The notes beneath the pieces are model-generated. The model saw only the letters and a program-made list of their open reading frames with translations. It searched no databases and had not been told where the DNA came from. A stretch of 22,965 nt of DNA from Chiloscyllium plagiosum (taxonomy: Eukaryota). Position numbers and translations under genes: made by a program. The stretch covers positions 71,666,080-71,689,044 of the forward strand of contig NC_057711.1 of assembly GCF_004010195.1 (NCBI RefSeq). The letters are read 5' to 3'. This document shows positions 1-10,237 of this stretch, in pieces. Each line of letters starts with the position of its first letter. Position 1 is the first letter of the stretch.

Positions 1-170
1 AGAGCTGTTGACAGAAGAGCTACAGCAATGATGAAGGAGCAGGAATCTGTTTTCCAAGTCACAGGATCTTCGAATCCTTACAGTGTGGACACAGGTTATT
101 CAGCCCATTGAGTCCACACTGACCCTCCAAAGGGCATTCCATCCAGACCCACCTCATCCCCGAAACCCTG
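1..170 (-). repeat. Inverted copy of 1091-1260 (HE1 SINE 3' part plus adjacent LINE tail); runs off the left window edge
   Basis: Manual alignment to the reverse complement of 1091-1260 shows 8 mismatches in 170 bp and no gaps. Confidence 0.95.
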
Positions 171-718
171 GGACAGATACCACCCTGACTTGAAAGTGAC
201 AGTAGGCCTCTATTTGTGAATTATATTAGTGCAGAAATTACTGTCTGTTTCTTGTTCTTTTCCACCATAACTATAAAAATTGTTATAAACTTGCATTTTC
301 TCTTTCTTTATCCTAGCTTAGACAAGTAGTTTGAAAACAATCCTGGTGGTTCAGACTATGAAAGCTTTTCACAGCTTTCCCCCTTACTCACATTTGCACA
401 GCTACACATTCAGTTGGAATGCAGTGAGTGAACTTTACAGGAAGCAGCAGTTTGATTTCACCACTACAGTCTGAAGCTGGTGGAAAATCAAGCTATGTTT
501 AATATAAAGTGATTGGGATATTTAAATGTGTGTCTTACTCTACTTGCACAAGAGCCTAAAGGTTTGGTGGAATAATAGGCATTATGTGAAAATAGTGCAT
601 ATCTAGCAATATGAAGAGCCTGTGCTTGTTTTTTCAATTTTTATAGATACCAGGTGAGGGATAATGTTGACCTTGAGAACTCCCTGCCTTTCTTCAAATA
701 ATGACAGATCTCAAATCC

Positions 719-1385
719 ATGCTAGAAGAACAAGGACCGTAGACACATGGGAATACCACCACATTCACGCTCCCCTTTGGGACAGATACCACCCTGACTT
801 GAACGATGTTTTATTGAATGGAAATGTCAGTTACACAGGGTTTATGTGGGATGGGTCAGTACAGGAATAAAGAAAGGGGCAACACAGTGGGTGAATGGTT
901 TGCACTGCTGCCTCACAGCAGCAGGGACCTGGGTTTGATTTCACCCTCGAGGGACTGTCTCCCCGTGTTTGTGTGGTTTCCTCTGAGTGCTCCAGTTTCC
1001 TCCCAGAGTCCAAAGATGTGCAGGTTAGGTGGATCGGCCATGCTAGATTCCCCATAGTGCCTAGACTAGGTGAATTAGCCATAAGAAATGCAGGGTTATG
1101 GGGATGAGGTGGGTCTGGGTGGGATGCCCTTCGGAGGGTCAGTGTGGACTCAATGGGCTGAATAGCCTGTGTCCACACTGTAAGGACTCGAAGATCTTGT
1201 GACTTGGAAAACAGATTCCTGCTCCTTCATCATTGCTGTAGCTCTTCTGTCAACAGCTCTGTTGTTGTACTGTGACCACGTGGACTGCAGCAGTAACTTA
1301 CCACTACCTTTTGAAGGAAAATTAGTGATAAGCAATAAATGGTGGCCTTGTCACTGACACCAATGTCACATAACTGAATTAAAAA
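719..1385 (+). mobile_element. Old non-LTR retrotransposon 3' end (pieces 719-803 and about 1200-1385), interrupted by an HE1 SINE
   Basis: The segments 'acatgggaataccacc...ctgacttgaa' and 'tgacttggaaa...ggactgcagcag...gcaataaatggtggcc...tgaattaaaaa' match my recollection of a common shark LINE 3' tail. The end resembles the tail of the SINE at 14010-14260. Confidence 0.6.
876..1199 (+). mobile_element. HE1-type V-SINE (tRNA-derived)
   Basis: tRNA-like head (cagtgggtgaatggtt...gggtttgatttc), V-domain 'ggtttcctctgagtgctccagtttcctcccagagtccaaagatgtgcaggttagg' and a CR1-like tail. Homologous to three other copies in the window. Confidence 0.9.
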
Positions 1386-1388
1386 GTA

Positions 1389-1570
1389 GATCCTTCATGT
1401 CTGCCTGAAAGGCCAGGTGGGGCCTTGGTTTAACATTTTGTGTGAAACACAGTACCTCTAAGCAATAGCCACCTGTCTGAATCCATTCTCACAGGAGTGC
1501 ACTAAAGTGTCAGCCTCAATGAGGTGCTTACCTCTCTGGAGTGGCAGCTTGAATCCATTACCTCTGGACA
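1389..1570 (-). mobile_element. Degenerate Deu-domain SINE (AmnSINE1/SacSINE1-like), 5' part
   Basis: Contains 'ggggccttggtttaaca', 'tgcactaaagtgtcagcc' and 'ctctggagtggcagcttgaatcca', which resemble the antisense Deu-SINE head and core. Confidence 0.65.
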
Positions 1571-2740
1571 TCAAGTCATTGCTGACATCAGAAATATGCT
1601 GTTGCCTGGCCCACAAACAGACTTTGCAAAACACCTCACCAGTATGCTATAATAAGCGAACACTTCTCCACAAAATATTTAGCTGGAGGAACGTTGCAGA
1701 GTTTGCTGTTTGTTTAAAAAAAAGAACTGCAGGCTTAAGGACAATTTCATGAATTTTCCGGCTTGGTTCTGTTCAGACTGGGCGACTATCTGAGGTAAAC
1801 ACAGATTCAATTGTGCAGACGTATGGCAGCTCACAAAAATGTGAATTACTGAGCGTGAACATAACACATAAAGAACAGAACGACAAAGGGCCTCTTGGTC
1901 CATTAAGCTTGCAGTTTCCAACAGATGCTCTACAATGTGCACTAATATGGACTCTATCGACTGTTGAATCAGTTCAGGATCAATTGGGCCAAAAGCAGCA
2001 GCTCCCAAAAGATTTGAATGATTCTTTAAATAGAATGGTGTCTAATCAAAAAAAAAGTATAGTCTGTAAGATTAAATAGCTAGAATCTGTAATATTTGTA
2101 GTAAGCTTACCGCCTGGCACTGCAAACAAAATAAAGTTTTTTAAAATGTTGATGCTGTTTGTTTCTATCCTTGCCATTCCTCAATTCAGGGAGAACTAAA
2201 AAAAAGAATTATGGGCAGAATGATTCAATTCAGTATCAACTTTTCGGCTTCATGTTGTTGTAATCAATTTTTATTTCATCTTCACAGATTAGACTTGACG
2301 ATAAATCAGTTTTCAGTGAAATAAAAGGTTCTAATTGAACGGTCAAAAAAATTTTAGATAAAAAGAAGCTGTGGTGAGATTTTGTTTTAAAATAAAGAAT
2401 GCTCAAATCATCCGGTAAAATTGCTCAATGAGATTATGTTATATTTGAGCAACTGGATGAATCTGATTGATGGCCCGCTGCAGGCCAGAGATGGAATGCT
2501 TCTTTAATCAAATGCTCTTTGTATTACTATTCATTAACTTCTTCCTTTTAGAAACCTACCAGTTATAAATACCTGCTCACTGGAGAGCCTTTGAGAGCAA
2601 TGCTGTTTCTTCCAGGGAGGACCTCAGAAACACATGTCAATCAGGCAGTGGGAAGGCCACCAGTCAGGTTTCCTCTGGAATCAGACCTGGAGGGGTTACT
2701 GGTTTGGGGAGGAGGTGTATCCTCCTGTCCAGCAAGAGCT

Positions 2741-3027
2741 GGACGGCACGGTGGCACAGTGGTTAGCATTGCTGCCTCACAGCGCCAGAGACCTGTACTC
2801 AATTCCTGCCTCAGGCAATTGTCTGTGTGGAGTTTGCACATTCTCCCTGGGTGCTCCAGATTCCTCCCACAGTCCAAAGATGTGCAGGTTAGGTGAATTG
2901 GCCATACTAAATTGCCCATAGTGTTAGGCGAAGGGGTAAATGTAGGGGAATAGATCTGGATGGGTTGCTCTTCAGAGGGTCGGTGTGGACTTGTTGGGCT
3001 TACACTGTAAGTAATCTAATCTAAAAA
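2741..3027 (+). mobile_element. HE1-type V-SINE, near full length
   Basis: A-box 'tggcacagtgg', degraded B-box 'tactcaattcc', V-domain and a (taatc)n tail. Homologous to the copies at 876, 8102 and 9082. Confidence 0.92.
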
Positions 3028-4493
3028 CTGCTGTCCTAACTGAGGGCAGTAACACTTGTCTTTAGTAGCACCATGGAAGAGTCATGGCTGCTGCCAAAAG
3101 GCACAAGACAGTGGTAGGTGGCATTATAAGGCTGTGGAGGAGATGTTCTCAAATTGCATGTGGGTGTCACAAGTAAAGGCAATGGGTACATCCCTTTCCA
3201 ATGTCCAGTCCCGCAATCAGGCAGGAATCACGGACTTTCCCACCCCCAAACTTAGTACTGCTGGAGCTGGAATGATACTGGGGTTAGAGTACTTCTACCA
3301 TCCCATGCAATTAAGGGCCCTCAATTCTCATCACCTTCAGGTGGAGAAGATACCACCCACAGAGTTAAAGGACTATATATAAACAAAGTGAACCTGATTA
3401 CAAGATAACATTGAAAAGCAAGTATTTGAGATTGACTTGTTGGAGGCATGTTTTATCATTTTAGAATCAACTAATAGACTTTCACATACATATGCGCACA
3501 CATATTAAATAAAGGATCTTTCCACTTTGTCTACGGTCTTTAATTTTCAACAGCATTAAACAACCAAATGTGAATCATTCATGCAGCTGGATAAAACGAA
3601 TCAGTGGCAGAGTGTGCAATTAATTGCAGTTCTTGGATGCAACTGATAATCACATGTAGAAGCCGTGTTGAGAATTAATTAGGAAAGGGCCTTAAAAGCA
3701 GCAGGGAGTAACCAAGTGACCTTTATTCACAGCCAGTTAAACATAAGTGTGACTAAAAATGTCACAATGCACACCAGAACCTTAATACTGATTGCCTAGA
3801 TAGAAAATTAATAATTTAGAGGCACAGTAAGAATAAATATCCACTGACAGAGATGAAGGTGCTGCATTTCGAACATTCATCTATCATTCAACAGAGATTG
3901 CATTTAGAAATTGAGAATTTTTACCACCAAGGAACACAATTAGTTTTATGACCCAGCGTGACTGCCTTAGTTATACCACTCAGGTCTCACTCATCCTGGA
4001 GAAAAGGAAGCTCCCAACAGCACATCTTGAGAACTCAGGATTTTAAAAGCAGACTAATTAATCCTTTATTAGCTAATTAATTTCAAGCTTTGTAAGCACA
4101 ACAGGTACAAAATCAAAAGCATCGAGAACTGTGAAAATGCAAAGCTTCGCTAGAATAAACTCTAGAGAAATATTTTTTACTGTCAAAGTGTATTTTATTT
4201 CTCTCCCTCTAACAGGTCTTTCTTGTAATTCTTTAATTCTGATATTGAGCAGGAACGAACCACTGCTGTAAAATACATTTGGGAGGGTAACAATGTGGTT
4301 GTGTATGAAGTGTCAATGCATCAAAAAACCTTAAGTTACTCTGAACTAAAGAAGGCCCACTGATTGCCACAATAGCACTCAACACTCTTTACTTGTCTCA
4401 CCTGTTCATCTATGTCCCTTATCTCATGTCAGGCAGTTGTTTCCACTAGGGGTTATAAATATTAAAGCAGGATAGGCACAGAAATGTGAATGT

Positions 4494-4692
4494 TAGAATA
4501 GTCACAGGCACAGAAGTAAGCAATTCAGCCTGTCATGTCTCTGTTGGCTTTCTGAAGAAGTAAATCAGTTAGTGTCTTTCTCCTGCAAATTCTTCCTTTT
4601 CAAGTATTGATCCATGAATTTTGAAAGCCTCAATTGAACGTGCCTCCACCATATTCCCAGGCAGTACATTCCATATCCTAACCATTTGCTGT
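4494..4692 (-). mobile_element. Degenerate CR1-clade LINE 3' fragment
   Basis: 'cctccaccatattcccaggcagtacattccatatcctaacc' is the antisense of the CR1 C-terminal WNxLP region, and it is followed by a typical 3' tail. Confidence 0.6.
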
Positions 4693-4879
4693 CAACCAGG
4701 GATCAAACTTGTGGTTTAATCTGTATATTTCAGCTGTTCATATAATAACTCCACTAAGCTATCAGGAGAACCTAATATATTGTTTTTAATCACACACCTC
4801 TCTCTCTATAATCGGCAACTTGAGTACAAAACATTTCAGTGCTCTGAGGTAGTGTTGCAGTGTCAGATGGTACACGCAA

Positions 4880-5394
4880 GAGGACAAAGAATAGGGGCAG
4901 GAGTGAACCACATGCTTATCAAGCCTCCTCCAACATTCAATACAATCACTGCAGATTCTGACCTTCAATCCACTTTCCCTTATACTTTGATTATCCACAC
5001 CACCGAACATTTGTCTACATCAGCCTTAAACACAATCAAAGATGGTGCATCCAGAGGCCTTGGCGGTAGAGAGTTACAAGATTGATGAATCTCTGAGTAA
5101 AGAAATTTCTCATCTCTGTCCTAAATGATCGGCCCCTGAATCTGAGTGTGTGCCATAGTGTTCCAGATTCCCCAACCAGAGGAAACATCCTCTCAGTGTC
5201 AACCCTATCAAGCCCCTTCAAAGTCTTGTATGTTTCAATGAGATGAACTCTCATTCTTATAAACTCAAGAGTCTTTCGGCCTAAGTTGCTCAGCCTCATT
5301 GGAGGACAACTATCTCATCCCTTGAGCCAATCTAATGAGTCTTCACTGTTCTGGCTCCAGTGCAAGTATATCACGCCTTAAACATTAAACCAAA
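4880..5394 (-). mobile_element. CR1-clade LINE 3' fragment (ORF2 C-terminus and 3' UTR)
   Basis: ORF 5036-5299 (LIETYKTLKGLDRVDTERMFPLVGES...FRTEMRNFFTQR) is the characteristic CR1 ORF2 C-terminus. Confidence 0.9.
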
Positions 5395-5645
5395 GCCTCG
5401 TCTGTTCTCTCGGGTATAAAGACATGAAAGAACCTACAGCGTTGTTCTCAAAATAGCTTAGGAGTTTTCCCAGAATCTTGATCAATTGCCGCTCTGCAAC
5501 AAACAGCAATAAAAAAGATTGTTCAGTTACTTATCTCTTCGCTGCTTTGGGATCACGTTGCACACAAATCAACTTGTTTTTTTAACCTATGTTACAGTAG
5601 TGACAACACTTTAAAAAGTATTTCATAGGCTGTGAGGCTCAGGGC
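5395..5645 (+). mobile_element. Degenerate Deu-domain SINE, core and 3' part
   Basis: 'cctatgttacagtagtgacaacactttaaaaagtatttcataggctgtga' parallels the copies at 9707 (minus strand) and 11880. Confidence 0.65.
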
Positions 5646-5845
5646 TTTTATTTATTTGCGTTAGCAATCCAACATTTCCACCTCACCACAGCTGGAACCA
5701 AGACAGTTTGGCTTTTATAAGCTGCATGCCCGCTGATCATAGAAGGTAGTCAAAGAAATGGCGAACATCACATTCCAAAATTGTCGAGGTTTCACAGATA
5801 TGCGCCAACGATGTGAACGTGGCGAAGCAGTCAAGGAAAGCTTGT

Positions 5846-5855
5846 GTTACGTAAC
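5846..5855. promoter_or_regulatory. Perfect palindromic PAR-bZIP/NFIL3 (D-box type) site GTTACGTAAC
   Basis: 10-bp palindrome matching RTTAYGTAAY, with its CpG retained, in repeat-free DNA. Motif match only. Confidence 0.3.
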
Positions 5856-7786
5856 TACACAACCTGTACTTATTAATAGCATATCTTGCAAAGTCCAGCA
5901 GCACACCCAGCTGGAGGTGCTGGGACCCAGTCACCCTCTGTACTAAGTGGCTAAAAATTAAACAGCGCAGTTCAAGCAAAAATGTAACCACTTTGGCAGG
6001 TTCATCTGAACTGACCCTGCTTGAATTAGTTGGCGAGGTAGCCTGCAGATCTGTGCTCAGCCCCAACCTGTATATACAATGCATGTACACAACACAACTT
6101 TTTGACAGCATTAATGAGAGGGGCAGCTGGCGGTGAGCAAGGACAAACAGATAAAGTAGATGTTTGAGCTGTTGCAAACCTGCGTGCACTGGGGGGAGGG
6201 GAAGGGAAGACAGTCGCTTCTTGTTCAGCCTGGTTTACACGGGCTGTTCCTCCTTAATTTTGCTGGAAGGTATAATTTTAACTGTCGGCTGTAGACATCC
6301 CCTTTAATTAGGTACCTCGAACAATAAAATAGGTTACTTGAAAAGCCAAAAGCATAGATGCAGTGGCTGCTTTCCAAAAAAAAAGAAAATTCCCCTCTCA
6401 CCAAGTACCAACACGTAGCTGTTGTTGCATGTACGATTACTGAAGCTAAACTTGCTGATACAACTGTTTGCAGCCACACGGTTTGAATGTAAATGCTTTG
6501 GAAACCGCCTGATGTAGCTTGTTTTCCAAGCAAAGACAAATCTCGCCAGCAGCCTATCGGAGTTATGTGATACAGATGTCAGGTCCAACGGGGCTGCTTT
6601 TAGTCACTCTATTTCTAGGTCAGCTCCAATCATTTTCAGGAGCTATTAGTTTTGTATTTATGCGTCAGCACCGAATGGACGAAAAGTTCAGTGAACAGGA
6701 AAATGTTGCCGCTTGGTTGCATGTGCGACAGGTTACTTATTGCCCTGCCTTTCACAGCGACTTAGCAGTAACCTGGGTAACAGATACAGAGATGTAATGG
6801 GATCACACACATTATAATGGAGGGAATACTAACACCAGAAGCAGACCATCTGCTGACTTATGTTCTCAAGGCTGTTTGCTTGCTAAAGAGCTTCTGACAA
6901 TTCAAGTAGCTCTATGTAAATCAGCCCAACGAAAAACCACAGACCTGTTTTGGCCTGGTTTTCCCTGCCCGTTTTGCTTGTGGTAAAAAAAAGGTCTGAT
7001 TTGCGATTAATTAACTCACCTTCGGGAAGAGGAAAGAAAGTGAGATTTAAAAATCTCCCTTCAAGACTCGATAACTCGACCTCGATGTCTTATTCAGTTG
7101 AATAAAACAGCGTCAAGTTGATCAAAATACCCCAATCCTAGCCAGGAGGCTGGCTGGAAATTGCCCCATTTTTCAGCCATTACTTTGCCAAAAGTTCAAG
7201 GGAAATGAGGTTGGAGCTCTTTAAAAATTCCCAGCTGATTTCTTTTAGAAGAGGAAATTATTGCCATTGCGAAACATAGAATGGCTGTGGCAGAGAAAGA
7301 GGCCACACAGCTCATTCTGTCTGTATCAACTCTCTGCAAAAGCAACTTAGCTGTTCCACTCCCTTTTTCCTGCAGTCCTAATAAATGTTTTCGTTTCCAA
7401 TTAATTAATTCAACATGTGGCAAGTGTAAAGGCTGATACTTAATGGAGTCAGTGTGCCCTCTGAGCCAGAGCAAAATATCAACAGGTTACTTGACTGGAT
7501 ATCACGATTTTGTGACTAGACAAAAACAGGCAAAAATGACTCTGAATCACGGAAAGAATGATTGGGGAAGAAACAAATTCCTGCTCGAAAGCAACCTTAA
7601 TGGAGAAGAAGGTGGAACAGTTTACAGAGAGACAGTAGGGCGTACAGAGCTGAAAATAATACTAATGATGAGGACTGGGTGTGCCACAAGCTGAAGAACA
7701 AACACTGACTGTGGGGCTGACACAGGTCACAGGGGTAAGGAGGGGTAAGCCAGAAAGAAATGTAAACACACAGAAAGGAGACATTT

Positions 7787-8045
7787 ATACCAGGCATGTT
7801 GGGGCACCAGCAGTTAGGACAGATATAACGGGAGAGTCGGACTTGGTGAAGGGTAATGTACGTGAAAATACAACATTGTAATAGTTGAATTCTGAGAAAG
7901 GGACAGTTGAGGATTAATACCAGGCATGTTGGGGCACCAGCAGTTAGGACAGATATAATGGGAGAGTCGGACTTGGTGAAGGGTAATGTACGTGAAAATA
8001 CAACATTGTAATAGTTGAATTCTGAGAAAGGGACAGTTGAGGATT
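7787..8045 (+). repeat. Tandem duplication, 130-bp period, 2 copies (7787-7915 and 7917-8045)
   Basis: The 129-bp units are identical except C7829/T7959, with one A at the junction. Confidence 0.98.
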
Positions 8046-8101
8046 CCAGTAGCACATGAGCTGAAATTAAAATGGAGAAACATTTAGGGTGGCAAAACTT
8101 T

Positions 8102-8433
8102 GGGGCGGCCTCACAGTGACCTGGGTTCGATTCCAGCCTCGGGCGACTGTCTGTGTGGAGTTTGCACATTCTCTCCATGTCTGCGTGGGTTTCCTCCAGG
8201 TGCTCCGGTTTCCTCCCACAATCCAAAGGTGTGCATGTTAGGTGAATTGGCCATGCTAAATTGTCCATGGTGTTCAGGGATGTGTAGGTTAGGTGCATTA
8301 CCTAGGTGCATTAGTCAGGGATAAATATAGGATAATAGGGTAGGGTCTGGGTGGGTTACTCTATGGAGGGTCAGTGTGGACTTGTTGGGCTGAAGGGTCT
8401 GTTTCCCAACTGTAGGGATACTATGTTTCTAAA
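8102..8433 (+). mobile_element. HE1-type V-SINE with the A-box region deleted
   Basis: 'ggggcggcctcacag' lacks the A-box segment seen at 2741. Good B-box 'ggttcgattcc', V-domain and tail. Confidence 0.9.
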
Positions 8434-8575
8434 ACAGGAAATACTCAAGAAATCAGGTAGTTTCATAAACTTAAAATGTCAGCTGTTTCTGTTTCAAAAG
8501 GTACTGCTTCTGCTAGTATTTCCAGCGTTTTCTGTTTTTATTTCAGCTTTCCAGCATCTATAGGGTTTTGCTTTC
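8434..8575 (+). mobile_element. Degenerate PLE-terminus-type repeat with partial inverted symmetry
   Basis: 'ggaaatact' at the left pairs with 'agtatttcc' at the right. The end 'tttccagcg...ttccagcatct' resembles 18993-19070. Confidence 0.45.
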
Positions 8576-8633
8576 TTATTATGTTTCAGGATCCAGTTGG
8601 TAGTGGAGAAAAGAAACTTTGACTTCTCTTTGC

Positions 8634-8818
8634 CTTCTCATAATACAGGAGAAGTGGACAGGTTTAACAGAGGAAAGCAGCTTTTGATGTTAAAAACAAA
8701 TTACGATATTGCTCTAAGATTTTATTTCCATGGAGCATTTTATATCCCTTCCAGCAAAATTAATGAAACATTGATCTAAATTTAAACCCCAATAGATTTC
8801 AAGCATGTGGATCAAGGT
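8634..8818 (+). repeat. Dispersed duplicate, copy A (copy B at 9986-10166)
   Basis: Collinear shared blocks: gagaagtggacag, tttaacagagga, tttatttccatg, gcaaaattaat, catgtggatcaaggt. Confidence 0.9.
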
Positions 8819-9081
8819 GAGTGTTCTGTGTGAGTGCAAAACACCCTCTCGTTGAGGACTGGAATATTTTATTATGTATGCTGTATGTCTTATCTAATTG
8901 TTCCTATTGAAAAGAACCATGTAGAACATAACAGAAATGAATTCTTGCTGGAGGAGATGTTCTCAAAGCTAATCAGCAAAAGAACTAATAGCCAATGTAT
9001 TGGCACAGTGACTCTTTTTGAATACTACATTTGTTCAAGGTAATGCTTCTGAAAGGGTTATTGTTGGAGACTGCATTAAAC

Positions 9082-9337
9082 TTTAGATTACTTACAGTGT
9101 GGAAACAGGCCCTTCGGCCCAACAAGTCCACACCGACCCGCAACCCACCCAGACCCATGTCCCTACATTTACCCCTGCACCCAACACTATGGGCCATTTA
9201 GCATGGCCAATTCACCTAACCTGCACATTTTTTGGACTGTGGGAGGAAACCCACGCAGACACGGGGAGAATGTGCAAACTCCACACAGTCAGTTGCCTGA
9301 GGCAGGAATTGAACCCGGGTCTCTGGTGCTGTGAGGC
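9082..9337 (-). mobile_element. HE1-type V-SINE, 5'-truncated
   Basis: Reverse complement of the 2741 copy; B-box appears as 'ggaattgaacc' on the plus strand. Confidence 0.92.
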
Positions 9338-9359
9338 TCAATGTAGGAAATAGGATTGC

Positions 9360-9476
9360 AAACTCTTGTGTTATTGTCCCTACCTCAGTGTCAGAAGGTC
9401 CTTTTTCATATTTTGATTCCCTGGAGCATCCTGGCCTGCTCTAGATATATGTTTCAACAGGTTGGTTGAAACTATT
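9360..9476 (+). mobile_element. Degenerate short tRNA-derived SINE
   Basis: 'gtccctacctc...caacaggttggttgaaa' parallels 19200-19420 and the reverse complement of 20411-20522. Confidence 0.4.
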
Positions 9477-9706
9477 GAGAAAGTAGGTTGGTGGTAGGTC
9501 TCTAACCCAGGTAGTGTTATGTTCCACAGCATGTACAACAGTTACTATTGCGGCATGAGAGCGCCACACTTAAGATCAAAGAGCCACATTCGATTAGCTG
9601 AGTGTGGCAGTTTGTTTGAAATTCTTCTTTATCTCTAAATTCCGCTCAAAGTACAGTCAAATGTTGAATTGAGTGGTCTTTCAAATGAACCTCTACAGCT
9701 CACAGT

Positions 9707-10237
9707 AAGGACTTACATTTATATAGGACAGTTCACAATCGCAGGACACTCAAAGCAATTATAGTCAATGTACAGCTTTAGAAGTGCAGTCGCTGTTGTG
9801 AGGAAGGAAAGTTAGCAACCATTTTATACACAGTCAGCTCCCACAAACAGTGAGATAGGTGAGCAAATAATCTATCTGGATAGTGTTGGTTGAGGGATAA
9901 CTACTTGTCAGAGCACAAGACAACCCACTTGGTCTTATTTGAAATAGCGCCTTAGGGATTTTTTTTATATCCACCTAATGGGGATCTTCCCATAATCCCA
10001 GAGAAGTGGACAGTTTTAACAGAGGAGAGCTATTTTAAATATTATAAACAAAACATGATGTTACTGTAAGACTTTATTTCCATGCAGCATTTATTAATAA
10101 GGCAAAATTAATAAGGCATTGATCAAACTTTAAACTTCAATAAATTTCAATCATGTGGATCAAGGTAAAAAGCTCACCAGACATTGTTGGTATCTTCAAC
10201 AATGCAGCAGTCCCTCAGTTTGATGGCAGCCAGCTTA
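9707..10237 (-). mobile_element. Deu-domain SINE interrupted by the duplicated segment 9986-10166
   Basis: Tail 'acttacatttatatag' and core 'ctcccacaaacag...tgttggttgagggataa...atccacct'. Homology resumes at 'aatgcagcagtccctcagt' after 10170. Confidence 0.7.
9986..10166 (+). repeat. Dispersed duplicate, copy B of 8634-8818
   Basis: Collinear with copy A and moderately diverged. Confidence 0.9.

Noticed and set aside
628..659. Plus-strand tttttatAG|ATACCAG|GTGAGG, a possible 7-nt microexon or AG|GT site
   Set aside because: Frame-shifting length, and opposite strand to the better candidates. Donor-like hexamers also occur by chance in the window's repeats.
1777..1794. Plus-strand 18-nt exon-like segment (ttcAG|...GAG|GTAAAC)
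   Set aside because: Weak pyrimidine tract and donor; no independent support.
2741..2815. tRNA-like A/B boxes at SINE heads
   Set aside because: These are SINE promoters; no full cloverleaf or tRNA gene is present.
3615..3628. 14-bp palindrome tgcaattaattgca
   Set aside because: An isolated AT-rich palindrome that cannot be assigned a function without conservation data.
4190..4290. Strong plus-strand acceptor (ctctccctctaacAG)
   Set aside because: All frames stop within about 60 nt and the nearby donor is weak.
5737..6189. 150-aa minus-strand ORF
   Set aside because: No protein motif and no supporting splice structure; likely chance.
7787..8045. Possible CRISPR or satellite array
   Set aside because: Only two long units, no spacers, and a eukaryotic context.
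7597..8298. Longest ORF (233 aa, minus strand)
   Set aside because: Composed of antisense HE1 SINE plus the tandem duplication; no recognisable domain.
8460..8500. Possible fifth hammerhead in the degenerate PLE-type repeat
   Set aside because: No CUGANGA core or stem II remains.
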